The position numbers and the translations under genes were made by a program. 64,000 nt of DNA from Ginglymostoma cirratum (lineage: Eukaryota). The notes under the pieces are model-generated. The model was not told the origin of the DNA. It was given only the letters and a program-made list of their open reading frames with translations, and ran no database searches. The stretch lies in assembly GCA_024137785.1 (NCBI GenBank), contig JAHRHZ010000263.1, positions 37,136,843 to 37,200,842 on the forward strand, in the 5' to 3' direction. Below, piece by piece: positions 23,663 through 36,450 of this stretch. Positions within the stretch are counted from its first letter, which is position 1; each line of letters begins with the position of its first letter.

Positions 23663-25791
23663 CTGAAATATAAAACATCTTGATGAGGTTGTCACTTTAG
23701 TGGTTTGTGGTTCATTTTGTTTCCAGTCACCTGCACTAAAAATGAGTTATGACCGTCCCAAATCACTTCACATTAACCTCCCTGTGTTTCTTGTCTGTCA
23801 GCAATGGCTGATTGTGGTCATCAGTAATATTGTAGAAGAGGTGGGAGATGGGATTGTTTCAAATGAGACCAGCAGTCATAATTAAACTGTAGCTGTGCAG
23901 TGTTGTCAGGTCTCACAATGGTGTCACAAGGCTTGTGGTTTGGTCACTATATTTTGGGAAAGATCACAATATCAAAGTATTCCTTGATGAGCTCACAAGT
24001 ACAGTTTTTCCTCCTTGTGACACTGGATTGACATGAGTTACAGCATGACATTGCTACTCTGCAATCTACAGCCTATTGCTTCCCTTACCCCCAGCCTCTT
24101 CTTCCTACACCATTACAGTCTTTCCCACTCAGTACAGCTCTGCCTTTATGTTTTTGCCTTTGCTAGTCAGTATACCTCCAAACAAGGCTCCGTGCTATGA
24201 TCTTCCTGTTCTGCCTCCCATTATGCTCTGCTGACAATTCTGCTCATCTACCTGTCTCCAGTCTAGTCAGCCAAGTGCTGTTACTCACTTTCTCTTTGCT
24301 CTTTATTCTGGCTTTGCAGTGTTGCCCACTCCCTTTCTCACACCAGTACTTGCAGGCCGAAGTCACTCATTCAACATTTTTCTGCACTTGGCTCCACTGT
24401 TGTGGCTCAGTATGGCTCTGAGGTAGTTCTCTACTTCTCCCCCACACATGGTTGCTACCTATTTTGACTCCCTTCTCTCTCCTCTCAATGGCCTGTTCTG
24501 TCTGTCTGTCTTTGCTCAGTGCTGCTTTACCCCTGGCCTTGCCAAATCCGATAGCAGCAATAGTGGCAGGTTCATCACATGACCTGTCCTTTGATATTGA
24601 CTTGGTGTCACTCTCCTGCCATTAGTTCCTGGCTCACCCATTCAGAAGGTGCCCAGCCATCCCTTGCCAGCAAGGCAACAGGATTCTTAACTCTCCATCA
24701 GAAAGCCATTTCTCCTATTAACATGATGAAACAATTTTGTTTTAACAGGAAGAATTGAAAGGTAAATTAATAGAAATGCTCATGGCCTTCTGACTTTTCT
24801 CCGAGGTTGTTCACTCCAGCGTGCAGGATAATAGTTTGAATTCTGGGAGGCTTTCCAGGACAAACCTGGAGAGTTGACAACCTTATTAATAGTCTGTTCT
24901 CTTCCTTTCAGTCCCGCTCTCTGGTATTATTAAAGAATTAACACAGCTGCATTCCACAACAGGCATGCTTTCACAACCAAGCTGCAAGTCTGCTGTCTAA
25001 TCCGTTTTGCATTAACCTTTCAACAACAACAAAAGTAGACTCATGATGTCTTTCAAGCAAATGTTGGTGCTGATCTGAGCTGCCAAGTTGGGATAAGAAC
25101 CAAAGCCACTGATTCTTGATTTTTGGACTTCATTATGGAATGCAATCCCTAAAACCACCGTTTAAAAAAACCTGGAATCCAAGTAATACATATGGAATTT
25201 CACTTATTCAGTCACAGTGAAGCTGTGGCCCCAATAAAGAGTTTCATTTGAAAGAACAGTGGGGGCAAGAAAGGTTTTGGGCGGGGGGGGGAAGATGAAT
25301 AGAGCAGAAGGCAAGCTGATGGAAATAAGTATGCGATACAATGATCTGGATCTGTTTTAGCTATGCATTAGACAATCAGTCATTATTAGCACTGTATTCA
25401 GCAAAACCAGAAATCTTCAGTTTTAAAATAAAGCATACAAATTAATACATGCGCACACTCTTCTCTTTCTCTTTCTGTTCCTCAGCAATAATGCTAGAAC
25501 CCTAAAGCCTACATGTGTGCAACCACGTGTAAAAATTTACACATAAAAGTTACACATTCAATTGAACAGTCTGTGTGACAAAACATTATTTAGGGGGCAT
25601 ATGGGTCAGAGTGGAAGGAGGACATTCAGGTCAGATGACACTCTTGATTATATGTTTTGTGAATCCCAGCATGTTCGGTCTTCAAGTTCCTTATCAGTGA
25701 TTTACTTCCGGTTTCTCAAATGTGTTGCCTTATTTTCGAAACGTCTCCGACTCTTATAAGATGCTGTTCTGTGGCACCAGCTTCTCCCATG

Positions 25792-25890
25792 CAAAAATAG
25801 AAATTGCTGGTAAAACTCAGCAGGTCTGGCAGCATCTGCGGGGAGAAATCAGAGTTAATGTTTCAGGTTGAGTGATCCTTCCTCAAGAAC
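25792..25890 (-). mobile_element. Hammerhead-headed Penelope-like short unit
   Basis: ...cagagttaatgtttcaggttgagtgatccttcctcaagaac ends at the degenerate CUGAGGA core. Confidence 0.65.
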
Positions 25891-27214
25891 ATTTCCTATG
25901 TTGGCTTGTTAATGTGATCATACTTCATGTTGAAGGTGCCATTTTTTTGAATGAAGTTAAACATCACTGAAACAAATGATCTGATCATTTAAACTCGCGT
26001 GATCTTGAAGGATACACCTTTTTTTTGTTGGATATGTGCCTACTTTACAGCAGTGAGCATGCTTGAGAAAGCAGTTGTGACCTGGGATTCCCCCTTAGAA
26101 TGTGGAAAGAGACTTTTTAATGTGTTCTTTCCTCCTTGTCAGAGCTTCCTTGGCTGTTCTAGATCAAACTTTCCTTTTGGCTTTTCATTAATCTTCACAG
26201 AAATATCTAGAAACAAAAACCAGAATCAAGATTCGTCAGCATAGATTTCAAAATAGAAGGTCACCAGTCTTTCTGAATTATTTGAAGAATATGAAGATTT
26301 GATAATGGGAAATGTGAGTGATCAAACATATTTTTGATTTTCAAAGGCCTTTAGTTGGGCCCACCACAAGGGTCAGAGTAGGTGAAGTCAGGAGGTATGT
26401 ATCAGAATGGATAGCAAGCTAACTCCAAACAGAGGGTCAGAATTGAAGGTAGCTGATGATATGACCATGATTAGGAACAAGGTATGATTTTTCTGTCGTC
26501 CCACTGCTTCACAGGTCACAACATAAATTTAAATGTTTTACACAGTTCCCAATGTGGGTGTCCACATGTGTTCTTTATATTAGACTGACAGTAAAGATCC
26601 ATTAACCAGGTTTCTTCAACAAACACGAAAGTATTGACTTATTATGAACAATACTTATCGAATGGCGATGGAAAAAGTTTTGGCACACTTTATTTGTAAA
26701 ATGAAAATATATGTGTTTTACCCCTCTAAGTAAGCCAGAACACACACATACAAACACTGTGTACACATGGGCGTTAAGGAGGAGAAATGTATTCCCTTCT
26801 GCAGAGATTCACAGTAAAAACACATTTCGCCCGTCGGTTTTAGTTCTTGAAAGCAGAAAAGGGCCTATGTGTGAAATGCTGAGACATCTGTCAGTCTGCT
26901 GATCTTGCACAAAAAGACAGAAGTCTCCAAATGCAAGCAGATGCTTCTGAAATCTTTGCTAACACAACGTGTTCGTGAAGAAAAATATTGGGTATCATCT
27001 GGATGATATTCAGGAGGACAGCCATCATTCACATGAGATCAAGACACCAAAAACCACACTGAACCCCACAGCAGAAGCTTTCTCAGTACCAGGAGAGCAA
27101 GGCTTTCCCCAGGCTAGCCACCAACTGAAAAGTCCAAGCAATTTCCAAAGCAAAAGCTGCAATCTGACAGTTGTAAACCTAGACAGGGGTCAGCAGTAAA
27201 GAATCAGTCATCTG

Positions 27215-27955
27215 ACTATAAGGCTTAGGAACAGAAAAGGCTATTTGGCCCATTGAGTCTCCTCCACCATTCAATGAGATCATAGCTAATCTGATCATCC
27301 TCAACAATAAAAGCAGAAAATGCTGGAAGAAGTCAGTAAGTCTGGCAGCATCTGTGGAGAGAGAAACAGAGTTCAGAGTTAAATTTTCGAGTCCATTTTG
27401 ATGGTTCGTTGGGCTCCCTCAAATCCACTTACCTGCCTTTCCCCAAATCCCTTAATTCCCTTACTGATTAAAAATATGTCTATCTCAGCCTTGAATGTAC
27501 GTAACAGCCCAAACTCTATAGCCCTCTCCAGTAAAGAATTCTACATGTTAACTGCCATCTGAGAAAAGAAATTCATCCTCATCTCTTTCTTAAATGGGTG
27601 ATGCTCTGAAATTATGCCCTCTGATTTTAGACTGCTCCACAAGGGGAAGCGCATCTACCTTGTCAAATCCCCTCAGAAGCTTACATGTTTTAATAAGGAC
27701 ACCTCTCATTCTTCTGAAATCCAATGAGTATAAGCCCAAACTACTCAACATCTCCTCATGGGAAATTCCCTCTATACACAAGATTAACCTTCTCTGAACT
27801 GCCTCCAGTGTCATGTAAATCTTTCCTTAGATAACGGGAACAAATTTGTTCATAGTGCTATGTATACTTTTAGCAAGACTTCCCCATTTTTATATGCCAT
27901 TCCCTTTGAAATAAAAGCCGGCATCCAGTTTGCCTTTCCTTTTACCCACTGAACT
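27215..27955 (-). mobile_element. CR1 3' fragment interrupted by a Penelope-like unit (about 27305-27415)
   Basis: Minus ORF LGLYSLDFRRMRGVLI; cctcaa is repeated on both sides of the insert. Confidence 0.78.
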
Positions 27956-28059
27956 TGGAAGGTAGCTTATCACAAGACAAGTTTAAAAAGTTCCATTGTT
28001 CCTTTATTGACCATTTGAAAAAGAAACAATCCAAGCCCACAGAATTTGGTAAATATGAA

Positions 28060-31000
28060 GCCACTGTAACATTTCAACAGGCAAAAGATGGGCAATGGTG
28101 CCCTGCAAGGATCAGTATTGGTTCTGCTGTAGTTCACGCTTTATATTAATGATGTGCACTTCGAATTTGAAACACAATTTCAAGATTAAGTGTGAGATGA
28201 TGCATTTTGGTAGGAAGAATAAAAAGGACATGAACTGCTTTAGTATTAAGAATTTAAATTGGGATCATGATCAAAGCAATTTAGATAGAGGGGTGACTCT
28301 TAATTAAAGGTGGCATTAGGATAAGACAGGGGATGACTTAGGTTGAGGAAACCAGGATATAGAAGTGGTTTGGATAGAGAAATCATAAAGCCACGAAACC
28401 ACTTCTGGGAGATGCGTACCGACCTCTGAACAGTATCCAAAAGATATGCTGGAGTATAAAGGAAGCTATAATGGGAGCTTGTTAGAAATACAGGGATAAT
28501 CATGGCAGTATTGTAGTCCATAGAACATTTGGAAAAGGTGGATGCTGAAAAGTAACCTAGAGGAGGAGCGCATAAAAAGTTTTTTGGGATGGTTTCTTAG
28601 AACAGCATGTTCTGCAACCAACCAGACAGCAGGCTATATTAAACTTGGTTTTACCCAATTAGATTGGATTATTTAATGACTTCACAGTGAAGGCGTGTCT
28701 AGGTAGCAATGATTATATTGTGATTGAATTTTACTTCGAGTTTGAAGAACAGAGGAGTACATCCAAGATTGGTATATCTCACTTAAATAAGTGCACTTAA
28801 AAGGGTTTGAGAATATAACTAATGTGAACAGGCATATTAGTTTAAGGGATAGGTCACTTGAGATGCAGTGGCTTAGTTTTAAGAGATATGTCAAAATAGA
28901 CAGAATAGATACATTCAAATGCGATTGATTAAATGGATCGATCAACCATGTGTAGTTAACTAAAAATAATCAGATTTTAAACATAAAGCATATGAATGTG
29001 TAAGGATCAATGGTATCTCAGAAGCAAGGACAGAATATACAAAACAGTAAAGATTAAAAAAAGAGAAGAATTACAATTGAAGAGAAAGCTAGCTAGAAAT
29101 ATAAAATCAAATAGTAAGAGTCTATAGATATGTAAAAAAGAAAAGAGTTAACAATGTGAGCATGGGTCCTGTAGAGAGAGAGTCTGGGGAATTAATACTG
29201 GGATAGAAAGGGAGAACGGCAGATGAATTGAACAGGTATTTTGCATCACTCCTCACTGTATAATATGCACATACATAGGTCTAAATTAGGAAATGGAAGG
29301 CAGGGAGGAGCTCAAGAAAATTACAATCATTCAAAAAATGGTACTCAGCGAATTATTGGAGATACAAGCTGACAGCTCCCTGAATCCTGATGGACTTCAT
29401 CCTAGGGTCGTAAAGCATGGCTAGTGAGGTAGTTGATACATTGGTTTTGATTTTTCATATTTTTCTGACAGGATTATGTGTGAAGAATGGTAAAGATGGT
29501 GAATCCTCAAGTTTTCCATGAGCACGTCAAAAGTAAAAGGGTCATAAAAGGAGTAGGGCTGATTAAGGGTGATAAAGGACATTTACATAAGGGGAGGCAA
29601 AAGGCATGATTGAAGTTTTAAATTAATAATTTATATTTCTGTTTAACAAGGCAGTAGATTCTACCCAGACCATGGTGACAGAGGAGGAAATACCATCATT
29701 AGAAGGGTTCAGAATTGATAAGGAGGAAGTGTTGGATAAACTCATGATACTAAAAGTTGACCAGGGACCAGGACCAGATGAGATACTTCCAAGGACACTG
29801 AAGGGAGAAAGAGTGGAAATGACAGCGGGACTGTCCGTAACCTTTCAGTCTAGACTCAGGAGATGTGAAAGGACAGTAAAATTGCAAGCATCACAGTTTT
29901 GTTCAAAAACGGTTGTACGGACAAGCCCAGCAATTACAGAATAATTTAACTGGTGGCGGTTCTAGAAATTATTTCTAGAAATAATTATTGAGTATAATTA
30001 ATTATCACATGATAAAAGGTGGGTTAGGTAGGATCCAGCATGGAATTGTAAATTGTGTAAGTAACAGAAAAGATCAATGAGGGTTAATGAGGCATTCATG
30101 AATGTTCAAAAGACTTTTAATACAGTGCCACACAACAGAAAAGTTACAGTTCATGGAAAAAAAGGGACAGTAACGGAATGGATACAAAATTGGCTAGATG
30201 ATATGAAACAGAGAGTAATGGTTACTTGATATTTTGGGGCTGGAAGAAAGTTTGTAATGGAGTTCCCCAGGGGTCAGTATTGGCACACTTACTTTCCCTG
30301 ATATAAATATTAATGATCTGGATCTTGGTGTGTAGGGTACAGTTTCAAAGTGTACAGATGATATGAAACTTGGAAGTATTATAGGCAGAAGTAAGACAGT
30401 GTAGAACTCCAAAAGGACATTGATAAGTTGGCAGGTGAAGTCTAACATAGAGAAGTATGATGTGATACATTTTGCTAGGAGAAACATGGACAGAAAGTAT
30501 AAAATAGAAGATACAATACTTAAAGGTGTGCAGGAGTAGAAGTAAAAGGAAAAGGCAGGAGAAGGATGATAAATCATAATTCTCATTGGATACCTAGCAC
30601 AGTCATGATGGGCCGAATGACCTCCGTCAGTGCCATAACCCTTTTTGATTCTGAGAGGTTCAGGGAAAGTAACGTTATAGAATAATGAAAGAATAAAATA
30701 GCAAATGCAGCACCTTTGTTCAAAACGGAAGGAAGACAGGAAAACACAAAACTACGGCCAGTTAGCTTACCGTTTGTACCTCTGTCACAAGGAAAAGGTT
30801 AGAATTAATTATGAAAGACAGGACACTTAGAGAAGTTTGAGCTAATCAGGAAGAGTCTGCATGGTTTTATGAATTGTGTCATGGGCTCAGTGTCACTATA
30901 TTGGCATGGACCAAGATTGGCCAGTCACAGGAAATAGAGAGTGGGCATAACTCGTAATTTCCCGGTTGATGAGTTATCATGAGTGTTGTGTCAGAGTGAT

Positions 31001-31490
31001 CGGTATTGGTGGATCTCAACTTGTCACAATTTTATGATTTATTATAAGGGACTTCGATGAAGGGACTCAATACGTGGTGACCAAATTCACTCATGATGAA
31101 GATAGGTAGAAAAGTAAGTTGTGAAAAGGACAGGGATGTACTTAGACTAAGTGGGTGAGCAAAATTACGGCACATACAGTGCTGGAAAATGTGAAATTGT
31201 TCATTTTGGACAGAAAAATCAAAAAGAAGTATATTATGTATTTAGTGAGAGTTTTTAGAGCTCTGAAGTACAGAGGGAATTGGGTGTCCTCATGAATGTA
31301 TCATAGAATGCTGGTATGTAGGTCCAGCAAGTTATGAAGGAAGCTAATAGAATATTTGTGTTTATTGGGGAATTGAATACATAAGTATGGAGGTTAAACA
31401 GTTAAACAGAGGGTTTTGTGAGACCTCAGCTGGAGTAGTGTGCACAATATTGGTCATCTTATTGAAGGAAGGATGTGAATGCATTCCCTT
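28060..31490 (+). mobile_element. Cluster of old, heavily decayed CR1 fragments (endonuclease and RT parts)
   Basis: KCEMMHFGRKN, LMILKVDQGPGPDEILPRTLK, ggagttccccaggggtcagtattgg (GVPQGSVL) and cagagggaattgggtgtcct (QRELGV). Confidence 0.7.
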
Positions 31491-33004
31491 GCACACTCAG
31501 TGCGACCGATATCTGGAAAGGGTTGCCAAGTGGTTGAGGCCTGGAGATGGGACTGATTTAAAGAATAGTTTTATTGGGGAAGCAGTAAGGTTAGTAACTG
31601 GATGGATGAGAGAACATGAGGTGAAGAACTTTCTTAAAACTGAGCTTAGCTCTTGATTAACTCATTGCAACTTCCTGGCTGTTGTAATTTTACGACATTG
31701 TGAAGCTTATATGGCAAATTGAACTGAACATGCAGAAAGTCATGTAAAATTGCTGTGAAATACTCCTCTGTATACACTAGCTATTGTGCCAAATCCTAAT
31801 ACTAAGGATAAGAAGCTCCTCTGAATTGGACAATGCAGTGTGCCAGAAAATTTTCCCCCCCAGTCTGCAGGGAGGTCTTTACAGGCCATTGAGGTTTGGC
31901 TCTTGCCTGGGATTACTTCATAATCAAGTTAAGTATTAAGGTTCAAGTGTACTAGGGACAGAAATCTTTAAAAGGAATTGGCACAAGGCAATGTAGTGTG
32001 TTAGCTCAAGATGTAGATATTTAATAAATATATTACATGTACACCACATATTAATCCCATTTGACTGAAAGCAGTCAGTACGGACTTGATGGTATGTAAA
32101 TAAGGATCCCCAGCAGTGCTGCCTTTTTAAAAAATCCACTTATTCACTCACTAAATGCTAGTGATCAGGGATTGAAAATATTTTTATTTTGGCAATGCGT
32201 TGTGTGTCAGGCTGTGAAAGGGCAGCTGAAAGGGGCCTTTTTTGTTTGACAAAATGCCTTGTCCCCAACTGAGAAAAGGCATCCTCTGAAGCAACAAAAA
32301 GATTAATTTCACTTCCATACCAAAACATTACACTGGCTGTTGCTACTTTATGCTGAATGGCATGGACAGTTTGCCCTATCTGTCCATTAAGATCTGAGCT
32401 GAGAAAGCCATAGATACTTAAGATTCAGACACACTGCACATGAAGTTCAGAGCAGGAATAGGACTTTCAGCCTGGACCAGTTTGGAATTCAGAGTCTTGA
32501 GGTGGATAGATAGAGCCAGAGTTACCCAGAGCTGTTCATCAAGAAAGGAAACAGAATCATGGTCAGAATATAACTGCTGTTTCGGCGCAAACTCCGAACT
32601 GGCAATGCAGCACATGGAGAACCCCAGCTTAAATCCCACTGGGAAGGTTAGGTTTAAGGTCAGTTTGGGACATTTGTGGGAATTAGTGTGTCACCTAGTC
32701 ACACTGATAGACAGAACTAGAAGCATATTCCAGACCCTGAAGAAAAATTAGAACCTTCTAGTCTTCAGTTTCTAAGGGAGAAATGGCAGATTCTTATTCA
32801 TAAAATTGTCCCATTCCCAACAAGTATTAGGCATTCTTAAAGATTCCATGGCATCTTTCATCTGGTGAGGTATCCACTGCGGCCTTATAACTGTGCAGTT
32901 GGAAGAATTCTGCTGTATTCCGGTAACTGCAACAAGCCCACTTCCTTGAAAGATTGGAATTGATGAGCTATTGACTTTAGCACAAAAAGAGACCTTTAGT
33001 TTAT

Positions 33005-33350
33005 TATTACTTGGAATGTGAGTGTCACTTATAAGTCCAACATTGTTTTGCTCATCCCTAACCGAGTGGCTATTTTGGAGAACATTTGAGAATCAACCCC
33101 ATTATTGTGGGTCTGGAGTCACATGTAGGCCAGAACACAGCAGATTTCTTTCCCTTAAGAATATTAGCAACCGGGTGGAATTTTACGGCCATCTCTGCTA
33201 GTTTTCTCTTCACCATCACTGAGGTTAGCTTCATTTTCCAGATTTGTTCCTTCAATTTAAATTTCTCCTGTTGTTTAGGTAGGATTTGAACCCTTGGCCC
33301 CAGCATATAAGCTTGGGTCTCGAGATTAGTGCTCCACTGATATCACTGCC
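33005..33350 (-). mobile_element. tRNA-derived SINE family 2
   Basis: tgtgggtctggagtcacatgtaggccaga core; ggatttgaaccc is the reverse B box. Confidence 0.65.
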
Positions 33351-33554
33351 AGGCCTGTCACCAGTGAATGTGTTGTAGTCTGGTTTTGAAGTTCTGAAAC
33401 AGAGAAGTAAAAGCTTTGCCACTCCATCAAGCATTCTAGTTAGTCCTGAGGTCGATATGTATACTGGATAGGAAGCGGTCAGAGAATCAATGCTATACAG
33501 TATAAGCAGTATAGATTTTATCGTGGTTGGCTTTGATGGTTTTCAACTTTATTC

Positions 33555-33830
33555 ATTTAGAGGTTGCTGGCTAAACCAGCATTTATTGACCAAACCTAAT
33601 TGACCTTGTGGTAGAGAATCACATTCTTAAACCACTGCTGTCTGTCAGGTGTAGGGGCACCCACAATGCTGTTGAGGACGGAGTTTCAGGATTTTGGTGA
33701 ACTATCCTTGAAGGAATGGTGAAGAGGCCTTGCAAGTGGTGGCGTTCCATGTGTCTCCTCTCCTTATCTTTCTGGGGAGCGGTGACTACAAGTTTGTCAG
33801 GTGCTGTCAAAGAAATGTTGACAAGTTGCT
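33555..33830 (-). mobile_element. CR1-group family B 3' end
   Basis: ccagcatttattgacc...ggagtttcaggattttg. Confidence 0.55.
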
Positions 33831-34499
33831 AATGGTGGATGCAATTTTAAATGGCAAGTTACGAGTATCACATATAAAATGTATTGGAATAATGTTGAAA
33901 TCGCAAACTTGGTGTGAAAATCACCACATTCATTGCAGCGTTGTGACTGGGCTATAAAGATTAGTAAGAGTGTTGGAATAAAAGTCGTGAAGGTAACTTG
34001 TCAGGTTCATCAGTCAAACTTTTGACTTGAAATAGCATAAGCCCTTGTTATGGAGGAAGTGATGGGTCAAGTGAGAGGAAACATTAGCTTTGAAACAGGA
34101 AGACATTAAATGATGTTGTTTTCCTGCTGTTTCCCTAACACAGCGAGTATCTGCGAGCTAACAGCGCAGAACCATTAACTCAAGTCCTGAGTGCTGTAGG
34201 AATCCTGGTAATGTTGCGGTATTATCAGAACACTGAAGAAGTAATAGCTTCAGTCTAGGGGTTTCAACCAGCGCCAGTCTGTGAGAAAAAATGTCTGTGA
34301 CCTCTCCTACACTTGGGTGAAAGATGAGAACTGTGTTGCCTGTGCATAAAGGTTATATTTTTAGATCTATAATTTCATATTAGAGTCTGTACAAGGCAGC
34401 TCTTAAGAGAGGCTTTGCAAAAGCTATACTTCCAGTTCTGCACCACCACCCAATTTTCTCTCTGCAGTCTGGAATGAGAGGTGTCTGTTATGCTGGGAG

Positions 34500-36450
34500 G
34501 CTGAATAAATTCGTCCGATGTTCCCTGGAGTTCAGAAGAATGAGAGGCCAGTCCATTGAAACCATAAGATACTGAAGGGAATTGACACCAAGAAGGTCCT
34601 TCCACTGGCTAGTGATCCAGAATATGGGAGCATAGTTGGAGGATAAGGGCTCACTCATTTAGGACTTAGAATAAAGAACAAAGAACAAAGAAAACTTACA
34701 GCCCAGGAACAGGCCCTTTGGCCCTCCAAGCCTGTGCCGATCCAAATCCACCTTCTAAACCTATCGCCCAATTCCTAAGGATCTGTATCCCTCTGCTCCC
34801 CACCTACTCATGCATCTGTCCAGACGCACCTTAAATGAATCTACCGTGCCTGCCTCTACTACCTCTGCTGGCAACGCGTTCCAGGCACCTACCACCCTCT
34901 GTGTAAAGTACTTTCCGCGTGTATCCCCCTTAAACTTTTCTCCTCTCACCTTGAACGCGTGACCCCTCGTTATTGAATCCCTCACCCTGGGAAAAAGCTT
35001 ATCTCTATCAACCCTGTCTATACCCTTCATGATTTTGAAGACCTCAATCAGGTCCCCCCTCAATCTCCTTTTTTCTAATGAAAACAATCCTAACCTACTC
35101 AACCTCTCTTCATAGCTAGCACCTTCCATACCAGGCAACATCCTCGTAAACCTTCTCTGTACCCTCTCCAAAGCTTCCACATCCTTTCGGTAATGTGGCG
35201 ACCAGAACCGTACACAGTATTCTAAATGTGGCTCAACCAAAGTCTTGTACAATTTTAACATGACCTGCCAGCTCTTATACTCAATACCCCGTCCGATGAA
35301 GGCAAGCATACCATATGCCTTCTTGACCACTCTATCCACCTGTGCAGCCACCTTCAGGGTACAATGGACCTGAACTCCCAGATCTCTCTGCTCCTCAACT
35401 TTTCCCAAGGCTCTTCCGTTTACAGTATAGTTTGCTCTAGAATTAGACCTCCCAAAACGCATCACCTCACACTTGCCCGGATTGAACTCCATCTGTCACT
35501 TCTCCGCCCAACTCTCCAGTCTATCTATATTCTCCTGTATTCTTTGACAATCCCCTATGCTTTCTGCTACTCCCCCAATCTTCGTGTCATCTGCAAACTT
35601 ACTGATCAGACCACTTATGCCCTCTTCCAGATCATTTATGTATATCACAAACAACAGTGGCCCCAGCACTGATCCCTGTGGAACACCACTGGTCACCTTT
35701 CTCCATTTCGAGAAACTCCCTTCAACCATTACTCTCTGTCTCCTGTTGCTCAACCAGTTCTTTATCCACCTAGCTAGAACACCCTGCACACCATGTGACT
35801 TCACTTTCTCCATTAGTTTACGATGGGGAACCTTATCAAACACCTTACTAAAGTCCATGTAGATGACATCTACAGCCCTTCCTTCATCTATCAACTTGGT
35901 CACTTCCTCAAAGAACTCTATTAAGTTAGTAAGGCATGATCTCCCCTGCACAAAACCATGTTGCCTATCACTGATAAGCCCATTCTTTTCCAAATATAAA
36001 TAGATTCTATCCCTCAGTACCTTCTCCAGCAACTTTCCCACCACTGACGTCAGGCTTACTGGTCTGTAGTTACGTGGAATATCCCTACTACCCTTCTTGT
36101 ACAGGGGGACAACATTAGCAACTCTCCAGTCCTCCAGCACTTCACCTGTGTTTAAGGATGCTACAAAGATATCTGTCAGGGCCCCAGCTATTTCCTCTCT
36201 TGCCTCCCTCAGCATCCTGGGATAGATGAGGGGAAATTTCTTCACTCAAAAGGTTATGAATCTTTTGAAATCTCTATCTCAGGAGGTTGGGAATGTTACA
36301 TTATTAAATATATTTAAGGCTTGGACAGTCAGATTTTCTTGTCCCGGGATCAAGGGAAATGGGGAAGAGATAAGAACATGGAATGGAAGCCCCAGACTAG
36401 TCACAAATAAATGGTAGAGCAGGTTCAATGTGCCTTAGGAAGGTTGGGAA
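34500..36450 (+). mobile_element. Older CR1 3' fragment (34500-34669 and 36226-36450) split by a younger inverted CR1
   Basis: tttaggacttaga joins gatgaggggaaatttcttcactc to restore the FRT-EMRGNFFTQ motif. Confidence 0.75.
34670..36227 (-). mobile_element. Young 5'-truncated CR1/HER1 LINE with a near-intact RT coding region
   Basis: In-frame ORFs 35496-36245 and 34761-35492 are separated only by TGA-CAG (a W codon mutated to stop). They encode NYRPVSLTS, QHGF, GVPQGSVLGP and KFADD. The tail is (TTCTTTG)n. Confidence 0.95.

Noticed and set aside
24806-24884. Small MITE-like elements with ggttgccaac-type ends (also near 21075, 31520 and 62140) and GC-richer patches at 7300-7760 and 63060-63630
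   Set aside because: Probably DNA-transposon relics, but both termini and TSDs could not be defined by eye.
34761-36245. Two long RT ORFs as a functional gene or a retron-like system
   Set aside because: This is a 5'-truncated CR1 copy with no endonuclease, no ORF1 and one internal stop.
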